A stretch of 64,000 nucleotides of DNA from Octopus vulgaris. Lineage: Eukaryota. The translations under genes and the position numbers were made by a program. The stretch spans positions 17,918,001 to 17,982,000 of the forward strand of contig OX597835.1 in NCBI GenBank assembly GCA_951406725.2, in the 5' to 3' direction. The notes under the pieces are model-generated. The model ran no database searches. It had not been told where the DNA came from and worked only from the letters and a program-made list of their open reading frames with translations. Below, piece by piece: positions 54,935 to 64,000 of the stretch (the first letter of the stretch is position 1; each line of letters begins with the position of its first letter).

Positions 54935-55193
54935 CAAATAAGGATAAGATCGATATTTAAATAACGATCTTATCAGGTGGCCAGCATGGGAATAAAAACT
55001 TTTCAAAGGTAATAATTATTCAAAATTTATAATAAAGAGTGGTTTCAGAGTGGTTTTAATGTGGCTTTAGAGTCAAGTTTTGACTGATATTTCCAGCGTG
55101 ATGGTATCTCTTAGATACCCTACATTATAATCTTATATATATATATATACATATATATATTTATATATATGTGTGTGTATATATATGTATATA

Positions 55194-55236
<43 letters not shown>

Positions 55237-55914
55237 ACAAATTAATCGGAAATGGTGCAATACATGGTCAAAAAATATAAGCAGCCGGTATTGTTCTTTT
55301 GTTGTTCTATTGGTCCTGTTTCCATTATATCTCAGCACTATTACCGTATTTTACAATTACTCATACTAACTATTATAGACACCACACATATACTCGCACA
55401 CAGACACACACACACACACACACAAACACACACATTCACACACACTCCAAATAGATAAGAGACGGCGAACTTTATTTAAAGTGGGACCTTATGGCTGAAT
55501 GTCTACATCAGAGACCGTTTTAATATTTATCAATAAATAGTTAAGATGTAAAAGGAGATAAGCATATAAAGGAGAAAAAAAAAATATTTTTCCGGAACAC
55601 GAACAAATAACAGAATTCGGTTTGTTATTCAGGCACATAGACTCTGCTGCGTATCGATGCTGTACAATCCATAGTCGTATATAAGCCATTTCCGGTCAGA
55701 TGATCAGATACATCCGTTTGGCTTTTCCAAATTGGAACAAGAAGAAAGTCTATGTTGACTGTACACACACACACACACACACACACAGACACACAGACAC
55801 ACATATATATTATATATATATATTATATATATATATATATACATACCAACGTTTTTACTGCGTACGTATATAGACTTAGAGACACTAACGCAACGAAATA
55901 TACGCATATAAGTC

Positions 55915-56117
<203 letters not shown>

Positions 56118-56410
56118 GTATATATGGGTGTGTGTTTTATATTACGTATATATATAGTACATATAGATATATACATGCAAATATAAATACACATACACAC
56201 ACATGTATATATATATACACATATACAAACATGTATGCATTCATACATATATAAATGCAAATTTGAATTTACTATTAAGTTGAATATAGTAGAAATGGTT
56301 TGTTGTAGTGATGTGATTACTCTCCACTTCTACTCAGAGTTTAGCGATTTTCGCTGAGGTGAGCAGTCACGGTGTATGTCAGCAAGAAATAATGACGTTT
56401 CAGTTCTACA

Positions 56411-56724
<314 letters not shown>

Positions 56725-56928
56725 ATATCTATCTAATCTATCTAAGACTCTCCCCACCTCTCTCTCTATATATATATAATACATAAATATTCACATATGT
56801 TCATGCGTGTTTGTGAATGCATCTGTCTGTACACACACAGACACACACACACAAACACATATACATGCACGTACACCTGCGTATCTCCTCCTGTAAATGT
56901 TTTAATGTATTTATGTACGTACGTATAC

Positions 56929-56962
<34 letters not shown>

Positions 56963-57678
56963 GTCTATATATATATAACTATATTCATATATAAATATAT
57001 ATATATATGTGTATATGTATATGTATATATATGTATATATATATATATATATATATGCGTGAGTCGGTGCTTGCGTGTGTTTGCACACGTGCCCATACTG
57101 TTGTATGTGTGTGTGTGTTTCTGCCTATGTATCTGTCTATCATAAGCAAATATGTGTATTCTAATATATCAGCATATAGATCTTCATAATGGCCATGCAC
57201 ATCATTGTATACAGAATCGTATATACACAGAGAAGAGTGATAGTGAAGGAAATGGTGAGGCTGCGAAAGAGAGAACGAAAAACAGACGCAGAGAGTCATA
57301 ACAATGAATCTATATGTATATACTCACAATATTTAGTTTCTGCGTAAGTTGGAAGTCAAAATCTCTTTGACAAGTTACCGAACTGTGCTTAAAGAATTTC
57401 TAATAATATTACCAGCGTTGTCTACTATTTTTGGCAAACATGGGGGATTATATTCTTTGCTCTAGGATTAATCTAGAACATAGTCAAAACTTACACTAAT
57501 GTATTTCTTAGGCCATTGGAACGCTACGTGAATGAAGCAGCGGAAAGCCAGCGTGGATATGATGAATAGATCGGTCAACTTTGTAAGTGAGTTTTGAGAT
57601 CGATGCTCTATGTCCTGTATGGCCGTTGCTTAGCAGCGAATGATGCTCCTTTGGGATTTTGATATAGTGTATAAATGT

Positions 57679-57764
57679 CACTTGCCCAAGGTGTCACGCA
57701 GTGGGACTGAACCCGACACCATGTGGTTGGTAAGCAATCTACTTACCACATAGTCACTCCTACG

Positions 57765-57767
<3 letters not shown>
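57679..57767 (-). mobile_element. SINE family A, head fragment
   Basis: cacttgcccaaggtgtcacgcagtgggactgaaccc..cttaccaca..cactcctacgcc. Confidence 0.75.
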
Positions 57768-57819
<52 letters not shown>

Positions 57820-58586
57820 TTATTATCTTTGTAAGTACACACATGTGCGTATGCATGTGTGTGTCTGTGTGTGTGTGTGCGTGCATGTGTGGTATGTATG
57901 TATATTCTATTTTACCCTTTAATTATTTGAAGTCTTCACCTAAGGACGAAGTTGGTATTTGGCAATGACACAATACTCTATTGGAATAAACATCACAGAA
58001 ACAGTCACGTACTTTGAAAAAGTCTTGCTTATTACAATTGCTCTTCTTTCCAAAAATAGAAGCTGTAGATGTTGGCATTCGCGTCTTTGAACTGTCCAAT
58101 TAACACGATCATTAGGGCACAGACATCAATAAATGAGCGTTTAATGTACTCTACGATCAGTATTTTCCTATTGTTGTTCAGACATAGCCTGAAGTAACAA
58201 TATACTCGTGTTGTGTTAATATACGATGGATCGTATAAACGAGATTTCTCGTCCTTTTTATCTTAGCATCAAGGCTGTTAACCGTTATTCAGTAGACGTT
58301 TCATGAGAAACGTTCCAACCATAGCAGGTCCATACATTTTTGTCTCGGAAATTCCATTTTATAACGGACTGGTTTCATGTTATTAAAACAAGAGAGAGGT
58401 GTATAGATCTATAAGTAAATTTAAGTCCGATTCACCAGGATCAATGTGAATTCTGTTCTTTATAAAGCTATACTCTCTTGTGTCTCATCTGTTTTTTAAA
58501 AATACGTTGCAAGGTATTTCGCAGAGGCATGACAACTAATTCTGTCAAATGTACTGGCGGTGTTCACATCCTAGAGAAAGGTCAAT

Positions 58587-58882
58587 ATGATGATGATAAT
58601 GATGTTGATGATGTTGATGATGATGTTGATGATGATGATGACGGCGACGATGATAACGATGGCGACGACGTCAATGATGGTGATGATGATGGCGATGAGG
58701 ATCATCATGATGACAGCGATAATAATAACGATTATAATGATGATGATCATGATGGTGGTGGTGGTGCTGGTGATGATCATGATGATGATGACGATATGTG
58801 ATGAATATGATGACCACAACAACGTTGACAACGATGATGATAATGATTATAATGATGATAATGATGATGATGAAGATGATGT

Positions 58883-58930
<48 letters not shown>

Positions 58931-59032
58931 CAATGATTATGATGATGAAAATGATTATTATGATGAGTATGATGACCAGAACAACGTTGACGATGATGAT
59001 GATAATGATTATGATGACGATGGTGATGATTA
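58587..59032. repeat. Degenerate (GAT)n tract with internal duplication (tatgatgacca.aacaacgttgac twice)
   Basis: Direct reading. Confidence 0.9.
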
Positions 59033-59139
59033 TGTGTTCACAGATCATCTGTTCCATAAGTTCAACAGGAAACCATTTACATTATTGGAACGTCGTATAT
59101 GAGGTGGTGGCCACGAATATAAATAACTTTCTTAAACTA

Positions 59140-59707
59140 TTGGGTTGTCCGGAAAGTTCGTACCGATTTATAGTAGCTAATATTTCGACTTATTTTAGAA
59201 TATAGTTGAGTCCATAAAATAGGATTTGACTACACCTCCATTTAGAGCACAGTTTAAGCTATCTGTTCGTGGAAGAAGGTTTATGTTCCTATAACCTGTG
59301 TTAATTTTGTAACCCTTTAAAATGGAAGATAAGAAAGTTCATTTTCGGCACTTGATGCTTTGGGAACCAGACAAAAAATTGCTGCAGCTCGGCTGGGATG
59401 TGTTACCCCACCCTCCATATTCACCAGATATTGCTCCTTCGGATTTCCACTTAGTCAGGTCTCTGCAGAATAGTCTTAATGGTAAAAATTTCAATTCCTT
59501 GGATGACGTAAAAAGATATCTTGATGAATTCTTTGACATGAAACCACCTCAGTTCTGGGAAGAGGGTATTTCAAAGTTAAAGGAAAGATGGAGACGCATT
59601 GTGCAACAAAATGGTTCATATTTGGTTGATTAAAAATTTTAATGGCAAGTATTTATCCACCTTTTTATTTCCTTTAAAAATCGGCACGAACTTTCCGGCC
59701 AACCCAA
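59140..59707 (+). mobile_element. Internally deleted mariner element (568 bp) with both TIRs
   Basis: TA|ttgggttgtccggaaagttcgtaccgattt ... aaatcggcacgaactttccggccaacccaa|TA. Confidence 0.92.
59322..59633 (+). CDS. 103-aa truncated mariner transposase ORF (N-terminal 15 aa fused in frame to the C-terminal catalytic half)
   Basis: MEDKKVHFRHLMLWE joined to LLQLGWDVLPHPPYSPDIAPSDFHL..LKERWRRIVQQNGSY; lacks the HTH domains and the first two catalytic Asp. Expression unknown. Confidence 0.55.
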   Translation: MEDKKVHFRHLMLWEPDKKLLQLGWDVLPHPPYSPDIAPSDFHLVRSLQNSLNGKNFNSLDDVKRYLDEFFDMKPPQFWEEGISKLKERWRRIVQQNGSYLVD

Positions 59708-60295
59708 TAGTTTAGTCATTTTCATGGAAAACATTGTTGAAGGAATACTTCAAAGCAATCGTTTGGTCTGCTAGAGATTCAAATGACTCTCCATCTCTTA
59801 AGATAATCAATGATCAACGAAACAGCCTGCTCCTGAAATTAGCGTTGAAGTATCTGAGCACTCTACAGACTTGCCTACCTTCAAAATTATTCTCAAAGAG
59901 ATTCAGCGTGTCACCGATTATGTCGAGGCTGGTCGACTTTGCCGTTCATCCTTTCGGTATCGATAAAATAAGTACTAGACGAACTCTGGGGGATCGATCT
60001 AATCGATTAGCCCTCTCCCTCGAAATTACTGGCCTCGTGCCAAAATTTGAAATCGCTATTAAGTTGGAGGAAAATGGCGTCCTGGCAGAACCGATCCAGT
60101 GCCGGGCAAAATGCTTAGCTGCATTTAGTCCATCTTTTCATTCTGTGTACAAATTCTTCCCAGGTCGGTTCTGCATTTCAACCTTTCGGGATCGTCAAAA
60201 TAAATTAATAAGTTCCTGGGGTCATTGACTCCCCACCACCACCACCAAAAGAAAAAAATTTCTGGCGTTGTGACAAAATTTGAAATCAATCAAAC

Positions 60296-60608
60296 GTTGT
60301 CAGATAAATTCGTTCGTTTTTCCTGTTTATTTAAATTTTCCCACTACGACATCTCTCTCGAAACTCGCTTACTTACTTGACTCATCTATTTTCCTACTTC
60401 ATTTCAATTAATTCCTGTTTTATTTGTATTAACGAAAAATATTTTATCGCAATTGTTTTCTGGTGTTTATGTAGCGCAACTCCTCCTCTACAACTTGTGT
60501 TCACAAACTTTTTGAAATTTGAATAATGTTTACATCTTTTCAGATATTTGATGACATAATGCCAAGTAGAAGAAAAACGAAAACGAAAGAATTTATCTGA
60601 CAACCCAA
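60296..60608. mobile_element. Mariner-type MITE (left TIR tip lost)
   Basis: gttgtcagataaattcgttcgtttt at the left vs aaaacgaaagaatttatctgacaacccaa|TA at the right. Confidence 0.75.
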
Positions 60609-62067
60609 TATTTTTACTTGCACCGTTCAAGTTTCTTCTTGAAATGCAATTTCGATCTTCAAGAAACTAAATATAATAACAACACCGTTTTAGCGCAACA
60701 CATAATTCAATAGCATTTTAAGATGTTGGCGTCTGAATAGTTAATTCTTCATTTGCAATGCACACTTTTTCTGAGTCTAATCACGTAACGCCAGCCTCGC
60801 CCTTCCATCGATATGCCGATGACGAACACTCCCATTCAAACTACCTTCACCAGCACCGCCAGCACCACCACCTCCACCACCACCACCACCGCCACCACCA
60901 ACAGTACCTCCAACACAACCAGCACCACCACCAGCACCACCAACCCTACCACCTCCACCACCACCCCCAACCCTACCACCACCACCACCACATTTGTTAT
61001 TCATTCGCCGTACTGAGTTCGATAAAAGGGTATTTCTGAAACACTTTTCCTCTGACCTTCCATATCAATCAAATTTAAATCACGTAATAAAATTTCATAA
61101 ATCCACCCATCAGTTTTCGACGACAAACGTTTAATAATAGAAGAAATACGACTCCTAAGCATTAATATCTTCGAAGAACCTGCAATTATAAACTCGTTTC
61201 TTTATCGAGCGCCAACATTTAATGCAGGGCTTATTATTTCGAAAGATAACCAGTTGTTTACTCGCTGAAATTTCATATTACCTTCAAAATTGCAATAAGA
61301 ATTGTATTCTTAGAAGTAAGATAGCAATATTTCACACGTGTTTTAAAAGAAACTCTCCAAGGAAATTCTATGAGACCTGATCTATGTCGAGTGCTGACTA
61401 TTGCCATTCTATGCTGTCAAAATAACTAATTTAATAACAGGGGCTTTAATTAACTATCCGAACTGACAAGAGGTATATATATTTCTGTGGATTGTGTTTA
61501 AATTATTCGGCCACTTCAACTTTTTCAATTACGCAAGCCGCAGAATGTCAACCAGGAGAAGAGAATCACAGAAGAAAACAAAGAAGATGTAAGAGAGAAG
61601 AGCAGGGAAAGATTGAATGGGTTTTCCAGTCTGATATATATTATATTTAATGAGGAATGAGTTAGATGAAGTATCACGTGAAAACGTGGAAATATTTTTG
61701 GCAAAATCGTTATATGTTTCAGCATGATAATGAATGGTTCCTTTCATAATGGTATCATTATCGATCTTTCTCTTTCCGTCTCTTTCTCTCTAACCCGCTA
61801 TCTCTCTCTTTCTCCCTCTCTCTCTCATTCTCTTTCTCTGTATATCTATATATATACATTTTTCTTTATCCATACTTAGATATACATATATAATATACGC
61901 ACACATACACATAACACGGATTCATGATTGCTCACGCCTGTAAGCATGGCATGTGAACAATAGGGAGAGAGGGAGAGAGCGAGAGAGAGCGAGAGAGAGG
62001 GAGAGTGAGAGACAGGGAGTGATATATCACTCTCTCTCACTCTCTTCTCTCTCTCTCTCTCTCTCTC

Positions 62068-62115
<48 letters not shown>

Positions 62116-62757
62116 TAGATAGATAATAACAACACCACAAGTGTAAACAAGAGAGACAGAGAAAGGCAGAAGCAAGGAAAATGCCACTTATATTTGAACA
62201 CTATACAAATATTCTTTTAAAAAAACTTTTCTTTTAATTTTTCTAAATTTAATTATTTAATCGTTACAGTTGAAAAGATCTCAAAATGACCGAAATCGGT
62301 ACTGAAATGTTCTTTATAAAATTATTTTAGCATTTTCTATCTTGACTTGTTTTTTCATATATATATAGATATATACATATACATCGTGAGATGAAACAAT
62401 ACAATCGTGAGATGAAACAAATATTGTCATATTTGGTGATGGTCATATTTTGCTAATTAAAAACACGCACCATTTATTCCGTCTCCACTTCAGCTCTACT
62501 ATTATTATTGTAGTTTCTTTATCAAAGAGGACGCCAAAATGTTATAAGCTGAATAGAGAAAGACACGTCGGACAGAGTGTCGCTGAAGAGGCAACAGCAT
62601 GTGTAATGAAAGAACTTTATCAAAGAAACTAGTATGACAGTAATAAGGCTGAAGCGAGGACCCAGTTACATCGTGCGTGTATTTAATTGGCGAAATGTGG
62701 GAGAGAGACAGAGAGAGAGAGAGATAGAGAGAGAGAGATAGATAGAGAGATAGATAG

Positions 62758-62788
<31 letters not shown>

Positions 62789-64000
62789 GGAGAGAGGGGG
62801 TTATGAGAGGTAATGGCGTCAAAAGAGCGAAAGGTGTCAAGTAATGCTAAGTGCTCTGGACAGACCATAGTCTCTCGGCGCGCTGACGATTCCACCAACA
62901 CGCCGCGCCGCCTTAATCAAATTAAATATCGTTTAATATTCAACATGGGAAAAAAATCAAACAGAAAAGAAATTACCGGGATTTCCTGTCTGGATATTTT
63001 GGCAACTTTCTATATTTTCAGCATAAATGAATGTTATACACACGGGTTTGGCAAGGTGTTCGATACAACCAGCCATGTGTATATTTATAAACATGGACCG
63101 AAACATGCATGTTTAATATTATATTTATAATTAAGAAAATATACTACCATTTTGTTTTTTTCATCTCACTGGAATGTATTAATTAATATCTGGTGTGTAA
63201 AGGCTTTTATTGATTCTTCATTTCTGCAGTAAAGTCCAGTTGGTAGGATATTAAAATACTTTTGGCAAAAAGCAGTGTAAGGTGAAGAGGTAAATCGATT
63301 AGGAAAATCCTAGTATATGACTGGTATATTATTTTATCGACCCGGAAAGGATAAAAAATGCTAAGTTGGCCTCGGCGTGATTTGAGTTCAGACCGCACAG
63401 CTTCGGAAGAAACCCTGCTGAACATTTTGTGTCCGACGCCCTAACGATTCTCCCAAGCGTGGCACCATTGTGACAAAAATACGGTGCACTTCTAGTATAA
63501 GCTCAAGGATGAACATTTGTTGGGACAGGATATGAATGGACTACACAGACCCCAATACTCAATGGGTTCTACTTTTATCGACGACGTAATGAAGCAAAGC
63601 AATATTGGTATCCGTGGAATTTGAGCTGAGAACGCACGCAGTGAGGAGAACTGTCGCTAGCCCTTTTTGACCAATACGACGACGACTGTCCCACTACCTT
63701 AATGCAACAACATTTCTTTCAACACTTCTGAGTACAAATTCTGCCAAGGTCCACTTTACCTTTTATCCTTTCGGAGTCGATAAATTAAGTACTAGTTGCG
63801 TACTGGGGAGCCGATCGACTGGCCCCTCTTCCAAAATTTCGGTCCTTTTTACCTAAAGTAGAAAAGAATATTTCTTTCAACAATAAGTACAACACCTGAA
63901 ATTTTAGGTACGTGTAGCTCAGGATCACGTCTACCCCAGAACTTAACTGGTATTTATTTCATGAACCCCAAACGGATAAAAGACACAGCTGAATTCGGTA

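Noticed and set aside
59734-60228. 164-aa ORF
   Set aside because: It is composed of decayed SINE family B and C fragments and shows no protein-like features.

Overview
AT-rich, repeat-saturated animal genomic DNA. The SINE families and the (TA)n/(CA)n/(CTAT)n/(AAT)n microsatellites resemble those of octopus/coleoid cephalopods (inference from repeat recognition). I found no convincing host protein-coding exon, and almost all ORFs in the track are microsatellite artefacts. The window holds a near-full-length R4/Dong-clade non-LTR retrotransposon (minus strand, RT + CCHC + restriction-like endonuclease, one in-frame TGA) sitting inside (TAA/TGA)n microsatellite, plus a decayed second copy. It also holds three tRNA-derived SINE families in many copies, mariner/Tc1/maT fossils and MITEs, a piggyBac-type MITE, a non-autonomous Helitron and RTE 3' fragments. 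The most unusual signal is a set of hammerhead-ribozyme (HHR) elements. At 16221-16812 a canonical type I HHR with a palindromic stem III and a long stem II lies in an insert that reconstructs to a ~476-nt circularly permuted monomer integrated as two divergent halves (retrozyme/Penelope-pLTR-like). Several ~200-bp elements carrying minimal HHR variants lie in or beside (TA)n tracts.
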